From assembly GCA_963842815.1 (NCBI GenBank), contig CAWJHU010000001.1, positions 94,497 to 158,496 of the forward strand: a DNA stretch of 64,000 bases, written 5' to 3'. Shown here one piece after another: positions 18,993 through 28,388 of this stretch; positions within the stretch are counted from its first letter, which is position 1, and the number at the start of each line of letters is the position of its first letter. The position numbers and the translations under genes were made by a program. This stretch comes from Candidatus Nomurabacteria bacterium (GTDB taxonomy: Bacteria; Patescibacteriota; Minisyncoccia; Phycocordibacterales; UBA9973). The notes under the pieces were generated by a model that was given only the letters and a program-made list of their open reading frames with translations, was not told the origin of the DNA and ran no database searches.

Positions 18993-21112
18993 ATTTTCAC
19001 ATCAATTACTCTAGTAGTATCATTCCCGAAAATATCGACTACTTTTACAGCCACTTTATAAGTTCCCTTAGGTAATTCTTTTGGAGTAGAAACTAATTCA
19101 AGATTTCTTTTCTTCTTGGTTCTAAATTCTTGCCATTCATTGTCAAAAACATAATCGCCAGTCCAAACTTCTTTCTCTTTGCCATCCTCAATAACTTTTA
19201 CAATTTCTTGTCTACTAGAAAAATCATAATCAACTGCCCAATAATCAATCCAATCACTCCATTTTTTAGTCAAAGTTTCTCTTTCCACAAGTTCAGTTTT
19301 CTTATCTTTACTTATCTTTATTACTTGACCATTTTCAACAACAACCTTTGAGCTTCCAGCCTTCAATCCCTCCTCTATTTCTCCAGTATTGTCTTGATTA
19401 TAGAAAACAGAGAAATCTGTTAACTCAATAGAAAGCTCTTTGTTATTTCCTTTACCTTTGATAATTGGCTTTATTTCAATAAACGCAACATCGTAGAATT
19501 TTACTTGTCCTTTTTCTACAGCTCTTTTATCAAACACTTCTCTAGGAATTATTTTGAAGGCAATATCAATTCCTTCATCTTTATATTCCTGGAAATCCAA
19601 ACCCATTTCGTAATCAAAACCAAGCACATCAATTTTGGTAATGCTCTTTTCTTTGCACTCTTTAACTATATCTTTTACTAACTCATGAGAAACAGGAGTA
19701 TTTATTGGACCAACGGCAATCAACCGATCTCTTTTCTTCCCAACAATATTTACAAATGATTCTACTGGTTCAGCTTTATAGGCAGAAATAATTAATTTAA
19801 TAAATTCTCTTTCTTTTCTTTCAGCTTGTTTAGCTTTTTGTTCTGCCCTTAAATCATTATTTAATTCAAGAAAACTTTCTCTTTCATATTTACCAACATT
19901 TAGGATTTCAAAAGCTCTAAAATTCTTACCTTCTTTTTTAAGTTCTCTTTGAACTCCAATAAGTCTCTTCCTTGAGGTATGAGTAGCAAATTTACCTAAA
20001 TCAGATCCAATCCACTTTCTATTGAGTTTTTCAGCAACAGCCATAGTTGTTCCAGAACCACAGAAAAAATCAGCAATTAAATCACCTTCGTTTGAAGATG
20101 CATTTATAATTCTCTCTAATAATTTTTCAGTTTTTTGTGTTGGATAACCTAATCTTTCCTGAGAAGTAGAAATCTGTTGAAACGACATAATATCACTCCA
20201 AACATCCCCAATTGCTTTACCTTTAGCAAGAGTTTCATCTAAATATCTTTTTTCTCCACGACCACCAAAATATCTTCTACCATCTTCATCAATTTTATCA
20301 AATCTATCTATATATTCTTTTCTATGTTCAGTTGATAATTTATTAAAAATAAAAGAATCTTTATTTTTTGAATAAAAAAGAATAGTATCGTGACCCCTTA
20401 TCCAATTTCTTGCAATACTCTTGTATCCACTTAAAACACTTATATCCCAAATTATTTCTCTTTGGAAATTATCTGCCCCAAAAAGCTCATCTAAAACTAA
20501 GCGAATATGGCTATTTACCCTGTGGTCACAATGAACATAAATACTTCCATCTTCTGCAAGTAAATCATACATCAATCTTAACCGTTCATAAATCATGGAA
20601 ATAAAACTATTTGCTCCATTACCCCAAGTATCACGAAAAGCAACCTCTTCTATTACTGAAGGTTTTTTAGTAAAACTTTCCTCTTCCTCACCATCACCAA
20701 TTTTTATATCCATAGAAAAATCTGCCCCAACATCAAAAGGTGGATCAATGTAAACAAGTTTAAGTCCTCCTTGTGCTTCTATCTCTTTTCTAAGTGGTCC
20801 GTTTTTAAGAGAAGAAAGGATAAGCTTGTTATCGCCCCAAATAAGTTTATTAGTCCAGCCAGTTACTTGTCTTCCAGACATATCAAAAAGAGAATCCTGT
20901 AATCCAATTTTATCTTCTCCTCTAGGCTCATCAATTTGTTCAATAGTTTGAAAAGGTAAAACGGTAGTCGTTACGTCATTTGTTTTACCATTCCAAACAA
21001 GCTCTACTTCTCTGTCATCCTTGAATAGCAAAAACCGATATTTATCTGGTAATGACTTACCAGCTTCTAAGAATTTTACTATATCTCGTTTTTCATTGTC
21101 AGATAGTTGCAT
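18989..21112 (-). CDS. mod: Type III R-M Mod subunit (beta-class N6-adenine DNA methyltransferase) with a C-terminal extension of about 250 aa
   Basis: KLVYIDPPFDVGADFS (motif IV, DPPF), then GYPTQKTEKLLERII and FFCGSGTTMAVAEKLNRKWIGSD (motif I); the IV-to-I order marks the beta class. Confidence 0.8.
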   Translation of the reverse strand: MQLSDNEKRDIVKFLEAGKSLPDKYRFLLFKDDREVELVWNGKTNDVTTTVLPFQTIEQIDEPRGEDKIGLQDSLFDMSGRQVTGWTNKLIWGDNKLILSSLKNGPLRKEIEAQGGLKLVYIDPPFDVGADFSMDIKIGDGEEEESFTKKPSVIEEVAFRDTWGNGANSFISMIYERLRLMYDLLAEDGSIYVHCDHRVNSHIRLVLDELFGADNFQREIIWDISVLSGYKSIARNWIRGHDTILFYSKNKDSFIFNKLSTEHRKEYIDRFDKIDEDGRRYFGGRGEKRYLDETLAKGKAIGDVWSDIMSFQQISTSQERLGYPTQKTEKLLERIINASSNEGDLIADFFCGSGTTMAVAEKLNRKWIGSDLGKFATHTSRKRLIGVQRELKKEGKNFRAFEILNVGKYERESFLELNNDLRAEQKAKQAERKEREFIKLIISAYKAEPVESFVNIVGKKRDRLIAVGPINTPVSHELVKDIVKECKEKSITKIDVLGFDYEMGLDFQEYKDEGIDIAFKIIPREVFDKRAVEKGQVKFYDVAFIEIKPIIKGKGNNKELSIELTDFSVFYNQDNTGEIEEGLKAGSSKVVVENGQVIKISKDKKTELVERETLTKKWSDWIDYWAVDYDFSSRQEIVKVIEDGKEKEVWTGDYVFDNEWQEFRTKKKRNLELVSTPKELPKGTYKVAVKVVDIFGNDTTRVIDVKI

Positions 21113-21116
21113 ATAA

Positions 21117-21512
21117 TTATCTAGAACTTGGTGGAGATCTTTTTATAAACATTGGACGATAATTGGGGTCAATTTGTACACTTTTATTTTTACATAAAGG
21201 GCAATCAAAAAAGGCAGGATTTCCACACGGTTGCATTCTTATGGTCTTTTTATTATCATCCCAACAACTAGAACAAAGTGGACCATCTTTCTTGCCATCC
21301 TTAATAATCCAGTATGCATTATTCTCGTAAGCTAGGCTCTCTTTCGTTTCTAATTTTTCTTTTAAAACTCGATTTTCTGTATCTAGCTCAGAAATTTTAT
21401 TCTGCATTTCTAAGAGTTTTTCCTGTATACCCAAAATTTGCTCATATTGTGGGATTTTGTCTGCTTCTCTAAGAGTTCCTGCTATGGATTTTAGTTCGTC
21501 AAAAATTACCAT
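21117..21512 (-). CDS. Hypothetical coiled-coil protein with a C-terminal 4-Cys zinc ribbon; first gene of the mod operon
   Basis: LEMQNKISELDTENRVLKEKLE coiled coil, then CSSCWDD...CGNPAFFDCPLCKN; its stop lies 4 nt before the mod start. Confidence 0.4.
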   Translation of the reverse strand: MVIFDELKSIAGTLREADKIPQYEQILGIQEKLLEMQNKISELDTENRVLKEKLETKESLAYENNAYWIIKDGKKDGPLCSSCWDDNKKTIRMQPCGNPAFFDCPLCKNKSVQIDPNYRPMFIKRSPPSSR

Positions 21513-21636
21513 AATATTTTTATCCTAGCACTTTTTGACCTAAAAATAAAGGAGTTTTTGATGAAATTAGTTACCAACATTTTACCAACTTACCCCTCCT
21601 AGACTCTCAGGCGGGGTTGCGTCATTCCTTAGGTAT

Positions 21637-22956
21637 ATGAATACATCACAAATGCCAGTTGGAGCTATGGCGAGAGAAATACAAGCCCCAGTAAAGGTGA
21701 AATATTGCCTTTATGCTAGAAAATCTACGGAAAGTGAGGAGGCTCAAATACTTTCCATAGATAGCCAGATTAAAGAAATGTTACAGATGGCGGAACGCGA
21801 TCACCTTGAGGTAATAGAAATAAAAAAAGAATCACACTCGGCGAAGGAAGCCGGACAGCGGCCAGTTTTTAATGAAATTGTTGATGAGATCAAACAAAAG
21901 AAATTCAATGGAATCCTAACATGGAACGCAGATCGTATTTCCAGAAACGCTGGAGATCTTGGAAGAATTGTAGACTTGATGGACGCAGGAATATTACACG
22001 AGATACGTACCTTTGGGCAGAAATTTTCAAACAGTCCGAATGAGAAATTTCTGCTGATGATTTTAGGGTCACAAGCTAAATTAGAGAATGATAACAAAGT
22101 AGTAAATGTTAAAAGAGGACTCCGAGCAAGATGTGAAATGGGTCTCTGGCCATGCACTGCCCCGACTGGATATCTCAGCAGTAAAAACACCGACAAACGA
22201 TGTCATGTTGAAATTGACCCACATCGGGCGCCGATTATCAAAAAAATGTTTGAGAAAGTGGCATATGAAAAATGTAGCGGGCGAAGATTGCACGCATGGT
22301 TAAAAGATGAAATGAAATTTAAGACTAGGAACGGAAAAATTTTCAGCATCAGCAATATTTACATAACTCTCAGAAATACTTTCTACTACGGCAGTTTTGA
22401 ATATCCAAAGGGTGGCGGGCAATGGTACACCGGCAAGCATACGCCAATAATTTCTAAAGAATTATTTGATAAGGTACAAGAACAAATGATGGAGTACACA
22501 AGGAATAGTGAACACAAAGAATTTGCCTTTACTAAATTAATGACCTGCGGACTGTGTGGATCGGGCATAACGGCTGATGAGAAATTCAAAAAACAAAACA
22601 ATGGAAATGTGCATCGGTATGTTTACTACGGATGTTGCAGATTCCAGGACAAAAATTGTAAATCGGGTTACATGCGAGAAGAAGATTTGATTGAGCAACT
22701 TGCAGGACTGATGGATGAAATTGACCTTGATGAGATCGGGATGAAGCAGAAGATTAAAGACGAAATTGAGCGACATAAGAGATTCAATATAGGCATACTC
22801 GGACTAAAAGAAGCAACCGTCAAAGTTGCAGATGTTGATATACGAAATTATGCTAAACATGTTCTGCGAGGTGGTAGCCTGGAAGAGAAACGAGAATTGC
22901 TGACTTGTTTAAGAAGTAAAGTGGTTATGAATAATAAAGAAGTAAGAATTAGTTAA
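21637..22956 (+). CDS. Large serine recombinase (resolvase/invertase catalytic domain, recombinase domain and zinc ribbon)
   Basis: YCLYARKSTESEEAQILSIDSQ carries the catalytic Ser; also LTWNADRISRN and C-terminal CGLCGSGITADEKF...CCRFQDKNCKSGYMREEDLIEQ (zinc ribbon plus coiled coil). Confidence 0.85.
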   Translation: MNTSQMPVGAMAREIQAPVKVKYCLYARKSTESEEAQILSIDSQIKEMLQMAERDHLEVIEIKKESHSAKEAGQRPVFNEIVDEIKQKKFNGILTWNADRISRNAGDLGRIVDLMDAGILHEIRTFGQKFSNSPNEKFLLMILGSQAKLENDNKVVNVKRGLRARCEMGLWPCTAPTGYLSSKNTDKRCHVEIDPHRAPIIKKMFEKVAYEKCSGRRLHAWLKDEMKFKTRNGKIFSISNIYITLRNTFYYGSFEYPKGGGQWYTGKHTPIISKELFDKVQEQMMEYTRNSEHKEFAFTKLMTCGLCGSGITADEKFKKQNNGNVHRYVYYGCCRFQDKNCKSGYMREEDLIEQLAGLMDEIDLDEIGMKQKIKDEIERHKRFNIGILGLKEATVKVADVDIRNYAKHVLRGGSLEEKRELLTCLRSKVVMNNKEVRIS

Positions 22957-22972
22957 AAGTATCTGGGCTTTT

Positions 22973-24472
22973 TTGTCATTCCTGCTACAATGCGCTAATA
23001 ACCTGATGAAAATACAAGATGTAAAAATTGGAAGAAACGACCCTTGTCCATGCGGCGAACTTAAACCAGATGGAAAGCCAAAGAAGTATAAAAACTGTTG
23101 CTTAAATAAGGAAACGCCTAATAAAAAGAAAATGGTTAAAATGACGATTAGTAGAAGAGATTTCATATCTGGACCATATAAACAGTGCCCAAAATGCCTA
23201 AGGAAGAGCTCATTTGGGGTCTTTATACCAACCTCTGGTACACATAGCTATTCTAGAGAGTGTGTTGAGTGCGGACACAAACAAGGATACCCATTGCCGA
23301 AAATAAAAAAGAAGATTTTATATTTAGATCAATTTGTAATAAGCAATTTAATTAAATTTCTGGATAAAGATCACCCAAGTCACGAAAAAATTAAAAAGGA
23401 TCCTTTTTGGAAAGAATTATTTATAAAACTGGAAGCTGCTTCAAAATCACAAGCAATCGTTTGCCCGGACAGTTTTTATCACCGAGACGAATCGCTTGTC
23501 GGATCCACTGATTTTAAACTAATGAAAAGACTCTATGAGCATTTTTCAAGCGGAAAAACTCTTCATTCTGGTAACGAGATACAACGAATGCAAATTTATG
23601 AACACTTTGAGAAGTGGTTGCAGGGACAAAAGGCAAAATTTAATTCTGATCCAAAATATATATCTTCAGAAGATTTAGACACTTGGTCGGTAGGATTGCA
23701 TATAACAGTAAATATGCGCCCATTCCCCGGAGAAGTAGATAACCTTCGAGCTACAAACACTAGCACAAGAGAACAACTAAAGAATATATGGTCTATGTGG
23801 CAATCAGAAAAAGATTTCAAATTTACAAATAAAGTAAAAGAAGAAACTCTAGGATTGGGGAAAGGGCTGATAAGCGTAGCTCAAAAATTCCAGCAGAAAA
23901 GAGCTGACGCAATGAAAAAAATGGAATCTGGTGAAGACTATACTCTTGATCTTAACGATATTTTACCACCTGAATCTAACGGAATTCTTGATGATTTATT
24001 AAGACTTTCCAGAACGCATGGTATTTCTGAAGAAAATCTCTTAGGTACTATTATAAAATACTTCAACGATGTTGATGCCCTTTTAGAAATACCTAAAATC
24101 CGTATAAGCTCAGTGATGTTTGCGGGTTTAGCCAGAAGAGCCCAAATGGGTAAGAAAGAACCCCCAAAATCTTTTACGGATGTTGAGTTCATATCAAGCT
24201 ATTTACCATACTGTGATGCAATGTTTGTAGATATAGAATCCGCAACGATTTTAAAAGAACCTCCCAAAGAAATACCATTAAACTTAAAACTAAAAGAATT
24301 CCCAGCAAAAATATTTTCGCTAAATCAAAAGAAAGAATTTTTAGATTACCTTGACCAACTAGTTAAAAAAATTCCAGCGGAGCAAATGGAAATTTTGAAA
24401 GACGTAACCGGCGACAACCATGACAAGCCCTATTGGGATATTATTGAACACGAAAAGAGAGAAAGAGACTAA
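22973..24472 (+). CDS. SEC-C motif / zinc-ribbon protein (499 aa), function unknown
   Basis: GRNDPCPCGELKPDGKPKKYKNCC is a SEC-C metal-binding motif; a second CxxC...CxxC ribbon follows. The start may be the internal Met at 23006. Confidence 0.5.
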   Translation: MSFLLQCANNLMKIQDVKIGRNDPCPCGELKPDGKPKKYKNCCLNKETPNKKKMVKMTISRRDFISGPYKQCPKCLRKSSFGVFIPTSGTHSYSRECVECGHKQGYPLPKIKKKILYLDQFVISNLIKFLDKDHPSHEKIKKDPFWKELFIKLEAASKSQAIVCPDSFYHRDESLVGSTDFKLMKRLYEHFSSGKTLHSGNEIQRMQIYEHFEKWLQGQKAKFNSDPKYISSEDLDTWSVGLHITVNMRPFPGEVDNLRATNTSTREQLKNIWSMWQSEKDFKFTNKVKEETLGLGKGLISVAQKFQQKRADAMKKMESGEDYTLDLNDILPPESNGILDDLLRLSRTHGISEENLLGTIIKYFNDVDALLEIPKIRISSVMFAGLARRAQMGKKEPPKSFTDVEFISSYLPYCDAMFVDIESATILKEPPKEIPLNLKLKEFPAKIFSLNQKKEFLDYLDQLVKKIPAEQMEILKDVTGDNHDKPYWDIIEHEKRERD

Positions 24473-24501
24473 TTCTTTTTTTACAATTAAAAAACACTTT
24501 T

Positions 24502-24520
24502 AAGCCTCTCGGTCGGTCTC
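24502..24520. repeat. Right copy of the direct repeat (AAGCCTCTCGGTCGGTCTC), 10 nt from the tRNA-Arg 3' end; putative attR side
   Basis: See 7171-7190. Confidence 0.5.
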
Positions 24521-24529
24521 ACTAACGTG

Positions 24530-24601
24530 TGCCCCTGGTAGGAATCGAACCTACATCGACGGCTTAGAAGTCCGCAGTTCTATCCATTGAACTACAGGGG
24601 C
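24530..24601 (-). tRNA. tRNA-Arg (anticodon TCT); no encoded CCA
   Basis: Reverse complement GCCCCTGTAGTTCAATGGATAGAACTGCGGACTTCTAAGCCGTCGATGTAGGTTCGATTCCTACCAGGGGCA; anticodon loop CTTCTAA is identical to E. coli tRNA-Arg(UCU), with one A.G mismatch in the anticodon stem. Confidence 0.7.
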
Positions 24602-24602
24602 C

Positions 24603-24678
24603 TGGTGCGCGGTAAGGGACTCGAACCCCTGACCTTCCCGGTGTAAACGGGTTGCTCTACCAACTGAGCTAACCGCGC
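24603..24678 (-). tRNA. tRNA-Val (anticodon TAC), CCA encoded
   Basis: Reverse complement GCGCGGTTAGCTCAGTTGGTAGAGCAACCCGTTTACACCGGGAAGGTCAGGGGTTCGAGTCCCTTACCGCGCACCA gives a perfect cloverleaf. Confidence 0.85.
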
Positions 24679-24699
24679 AATAAACTAAAATTAGCATCT

Positions 24700-25005
24700 T
24701 TACAACGACGGGTCAACGATGGGCGAAGGAGAATTTAATATCTCAGTGGATTTTTTTTCACGTTCTATAAAATATTCCAGCACTTTATCAATTCTTTCTT
24801 TCTTTATCATATCTTGTCCGCTGATATTCGCGACTGGAGAAACAGGTTCTTTATTTATTTCCATAAAAAGATACAGGCCAAAAGCAAAAGCAAAAAGAAT
24901 CAGGATAAAAGTTGCGGAAAGAATATATTTCCAATAAAGATCGGGTTTAATCCAGGTGCCTCCTTTTCTAAATTTTTTCTTCTTTTTTAAAAATTTTATT
25001 TCCAT
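24700..25005 (-). CDS. Small membrane protein, last gene of the pilMNO-like operon
   Basis: 101 aa, one TM helix (ILSATFILILFAFAFGLYLF); operon position only. Confidence 0.35.
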   Translation of the reverse strand: MEIKFLKKKKKFRKGGTWIKPDLYWKYILSATFILILFAFAFGLYLFMEINKEPVSPVANISGQDMIKKERIDKVLEYFIEREKKSTEILNSPSPIVDPSL

Positions 25006-25015
25006 ATTTATTAAT

Positions 25016-25567
25016 TTACTGATTTAAAAAACTCAAAAGATTTATTTGAAAAGTCGCCGTCCATTGCGGAACTTTAGTTTTGCTATTTTTCCCGGCAGAG
25101 GAATCTCCCCCGTTGGCATTCTGAATATCCACCGAAACAAATTCAAGGTCGTAGGGAGAATTTTCCAAAAGGGTTATTAATTTATAAATAACACCAAAAC
25201 TTCCCATTGTTTTCATTTCAACCATAAGCGAAGAATTATCCTTGGCGGGTCCAACGGAAGTAACTTCAGCGACAATTCCCACTTCCTTGGCTAATTTTTC
25301 AATGGTGTCCAGGAAAGGCACAACATCGGAATTTTTTACAAAATGTGTTTCCAATAGGGCTCTTTCGGGCTCTATCACTTTGATGGAATTGGCCAAAGAT
25401 ATTGTATTTTCCCTCTGCGCATTTTCTATCTGCCATTTTTCCTGCGCCAGTTGGGACACTTCTTTAATACTTCTTATATTCGTATATAAAAAGATAAAAG
25501 CAAAACAGGAAAAAACAAAAAGTATTATTGAGAAAATCAGCGCCTTTTTTTGAAAAATAAATTTCAT
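25016..25567 (-). CDS. PilO-like type IV pilus assembly protein (putative)
   Basis: N-terminal TM helix plus coiled coil; located downstream of the PilM and PilN-like genes. Confidence 0.4.
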   Translation of the reverse strand: MKFIFQKKALIFSIILFVFSCFAFIFLYTNIRSIKEVSQLAQEKWQIENAQRENTISLANSIKVIEPERALLETHFVKNSDVVPFLDTIEKLAKEVGIVAEVTSVGPAKDNSSLMVEMKTMGSFGVIYKLITLLENSPYDLEFVSVDIQNANGGDSSAGKNSKTKVPQWTATFQINLLSFLNQ

Positions 25568-25568
25568 A

Positions 25569-26117
25569 TTATGATGGAATTAGGCTTAAATTAAATTTAA
25601 TGTTGGACCCCTGCACAAAATTTGAAATCGGCAAATCCACTTTGGAAAAAGCAGTATCGTCTTCAAGCGCCTGGCGGAATAAAAGCAGAGCTTCGCGGTT
25701 GGGCGCTATACCATGAACATTTATGGTTTCCCCCGTTTGTAAATCCTTTTGGTAGGAAATCCCCACAATTTTAATTTGAGGTGTTTTTTTGAGAATAATT
25801 TCATTTATCACTCTTTGGGAAAAAGTTAATTCATTTTTTTGCGCATTTTCAATCAGAGTCAATTTATTTTTTAAATCTTTAATGACTGTTAAGGTTTTTT
25901 GGTCGGGCAAGATATTGGATTCACTCGCCTGGGATTTTAATTCCGTATTGATGGAATTTTCTTCCGCCGAAGAAATAAAATAGGATGGCAAAATGGCTAT
26001 GGAGGCAATCCACAGAGAAACACTGAGCATTATAAAAACCACCGTGGTAAGTCTAAAATAAAAATCTTTAGACATTTTCTTCTTATCTTCATTTGGAATT
26101 AAATTAATCATGTTCAA
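25569..26117 (-). CDS. PilN-like type IV pilus assembly protein (putative)
   Basis: N-terminal TM helix and about 180 aa; overlaps the PilM stop. Confidence 0.45.
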   Translation of the reverse strand: MNMINLIPNEDKKKMSKDFYFRLTTVVFIMLSVSLWIASIAILPSYFISSAEENSINTELKSQASESNILPDQKTLTVIKDLKNKLTLIENAQKNELTFSQRVINEIILKKTPQIKIVGISYQKDLQTGETINVHGIAPNREALLLFRQALEDDTAFSKVDLPISNFVQGSNIKFNLSLIPS

Positions 26118-27201
26118 AATCCCTCAGGGCAAGCCCCAAAGTGGTGGCAAAGGCCAATGATTGGTTAAATTTCATTTCCGGGGTATGTTTTTCCGTTTCT
26201 GTTATATTTATCCAGACATTGGCCACCTCTACTCCAATTTTCATGCTGGTGGAAAGATATTCCGGAAGCCCTATTAAATTGGAATCGCCACCGCAGAGAA
26301 TTATTTTTTTAATGGGTGGCCTGTCTTTCCCTTCTTCATCTTTGTGGGTATGCCAATATAAAAAATGTTTCATCACTTCATCCCGCAAAACGGAAATACC
26401 ACTTAAAAGCAAGGAGGAAGTTTCAGCACTGCAGGTATTATTTTTCAGTCCACACTCTATTTTCTTTTTTTCCGCTTCTTCAAAAGTTATTTTTAAATCT
26501 TTTTCAAGCATGTTGGTAAGCATCACTCCGCCCATGTCCAAAGTGGAAGTAAATATAACGATGCCATCAGATACGATAAAAATACCTGTGCGTTTTTTCC
26601 CAAAATCCACTATCATGTAGGTTCCCGGGTCGCCCCTTTTTACAACTGCCCGAACAATAGCCTGGGCTTCCAGTTCAAACGATTTGGCGGATATCATGGA
26701 ATTTTTAAAAATAGAAAGATAGCCTTCAATCACATTTTTGGGAATGGCGGCCACCTGCAGTCTTAAATTTTGCTCATCTTCGCTCAATAATTCGTAATCA
26801 AATATCGTATCCTGGGCTGAAATGGGTATATATTCTTCAAGAGAAAGTTCTATGGCCTCCCGAACATTTTCCAATCCCGGCTTCCCCAATTTAAGATTAA
26901 AAAGATATACCTGTTCCTCCGGCAGAGAAACGCGGACAGACCTCAATCCCTCTTCTTTCCGGAGCAGTGTTAGAATTTCTTCCATTTTCTTGGAATCCTT
27001 AATCTTGCCGGATTCAATAATCCCCGGCGGAATTTTTTTCTCTCCAAAACGGTTTAACCGGATGCTGTTTTTTGTTTTAACAAGTTCTATAAATTTAATG
27101 GACTCGTCCGAAATGTCCAGACCGAAAGAGGGCAATACGAGAAATTTAGGCGTTGGGAAAAATCTTTTTAATACGTTTCTGAACATTCTAATATTATACA
27201 A
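26104..27201 (-). CDS. pilM: Type IV pilus assembly protein PilM (actin-like ATPase fold)
   Basis: About 365 aa, starting FGLDISDESIKFIELVK, with the typical PilM/FtsA-like architecture; followed by N- and O-like genes. Confidence 0.65.
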   Translation of the reverse strand: MYNIRMFRNVLKRFFPTPKFLVLPSFGLDISDESIKFIELVKTKNSIRLNRFGEKKIPPGIIESGKIKDSKKMEEILTLLRKEEGLRSVRVSLPEEQVYLFNLKLGKPGLENVREAIELSLEEYIPISAQDTIFDYELLSEDEQNLRLQVAAIPKNVIEGYLSIFKNSMISAKSFELEAQAIVRAVVKRGDPGTYMIVDFGKKRTGIFIVSDGIVIFTSTLDMGGVMLTNMLEKDLKITFEEAEKKKIECGLKNNTCSAETSSLLLSGISVLRDEVMKHFLYWHTHKDEEGKDRPPIKKIILCGGDSNLIGLPEYLSTSMKIGVEVANVWINITETEKHTPEMKFNQSLAFATTLGLALRDFEHD

Positions 27202-27226
27202 TATCTTCTATGTTCCTGCTATTGTT

Positions 27227-27556
27227 TTATCTCGCCTTGGCCCCGGCTGGAATTTCATTGTTCGGCTCCAGAAGAGAAAATTTGCCGTCTTCGGTGGAAA
27301 CCGCCAAAATCATTCCTTGGCTTTCAATCCCACGTATTATTCTCGGTTCCAAGTTGGCCACAAACATGCATTTTTTGCCAACCAAAACGCTGCAATCCGG
27401 AAAATACAACGAAATACCTGAAACTATTTGCCTCGGTTTTTCTTCTCCCAAATCAACGGACAATTTCAAAAGTTTATCTGTCTCAGGAATTTTTTCCGCG
27501 GATAAAATTTTACCCGTCGCAATCTCAATTTTTTTAAAATCTTCAATGGAAATCAT
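27227..27556 (-). CDS. tRNA-binding protein (CsaA/YgjH, EMAP/Myf domain)
   Basis: KIEIATGKILSAEKIPETDKLLKLSVDLGEEKPRQIVSGI is the OB-fold tRNA-binding signature. Confidence 0.75.
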   Translation of the reverse strand: MISIEDFKKIEIATGKILSAEKIPETDKLLKLSVDLGEEKPRQIVSGISLYFPDCSVLVGKKCMFVANLEPRIIRGIESQGMILAVSTEDGKFSLLEPNNEIPAGAKAR

Positions 27557-27557
27557 A

Positions 27558-28001
27558 TTATTTTTTTATATTATTTATTTTATCCAAATATCTTTGCAAA
27601 ATCAACGCCGCCGCCGAGGCATCTATGCGTCCGCTTTTAATTTGCTTTAATTTGCTGTGCGCCTGTGATTGACTTAAGTTTTTTTTAGTATCTCTGGAAT
27701 TACGAGCCTCCACCGAGGTTAAAAATTCTTTCTGCTTATGAACCGGCAGTTCAAATTTATTTTGAAGTTCCTTTATAAAAATTTCAATCCTGGCCGATAA
27801 AACATTTAATTTGCCGGAAAAATCAACCGACTCTCCCACCACAATTTCCGAGATATTTTCTGTTTTTATAATTTCCCCGATTTTTTTAAAACTATTCGGG
27901 TCATTGGCTACAATTTCTTTCGGAAAAGCCAACATACTCTCCTCGTCCGAGATAGCTATGCCGATTCTTTTTGTCCCATAATCAATGCCTAAAAACTTCA
28001 T
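27558..28001 (-). CDS. ruvX: Holliday-junction resolvase-like RuvX/YqgF
   Basis: MKFLGIDYGTKRIGIAISDEE is a typical YqgF N-terminus. Confidence 0.85.
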   Translation of the reverse strand: MKFLGIDYGTKRIGIAISDEESMLAFPKEIVANDPNSFKKIGEIIKTENISEIVVGESVDFSGKLNVLSARIEIFIKELQNKFELPVHKQKEFLTSVEARNSRDTKKNLSQSQAHSKLKQIKSGRIDASAAALILQRYLDKINNIKK

Positions 28002-28047
28002 ACATTGATACTAGCATAAAATTTTACTTCTGGTATAATATATCATT

Positions 28048-28311
28048 ATGAATCAATATAATTTGTTTTTGGCGGGTAATAGCTGGGTACTTATTCCTAT
28101 TATGTTATGGGTCTTGTTTTGGAAAGGCTGTTCTTTGTGGATAGCCGGCAAAAGAGACCAGAAATGGTGGTTTGCAGCGCTTCTTGTGTTTAACACCGTT
28201 GGCATCTTAGAAATCGTGTATATTTTCTTCGTAGCCAAAAAGAAATGGAGCGACATAAAAGAACTCTTTGCTAAAAAAGCACCAGTTCAAAATCCACCAA
28301 TGAATCAATAA
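28048..28311 (+). CDS. Small membrane protein
   Basis: 87 aa with two hydrophobic helices; followed by a terminator-like hairpin plus T-tract at about 28318-28342. Confidence 0.4.
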   Translation: MNQYNLFLAGNSWVLIPIMLWVLFWKGCSLWIAGKRDQKWWFAALLVFNTVGILEIVYIFFVAKKKWSDIKELFAKKAPVQNPPMNQ

Positions 28312-28388
28312 TCTAAAAGCCTCCACAAGGGGGCTTTTTAGTTTCCAAAACTTGTAAAAACTCTTATAATAAAGTAGGGTTATGAAAC

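Larger units (their letters stand above)
7172..24520. mobile_element. Integrated element / defense island of about 17.3 kb on the 3' side of tRNA-Arg(TCT), carrying a large serine recombinase
   Basis: Flanking direct repeats (7171-7190 and 24502-24520), an adjacent tRNA pair, and the recombinase at the tRNA-proximal end. The cargo is methyltransferases, a Type III R-M system and nucleases, with almost no housekeeping genes. Confidence 0.5.
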
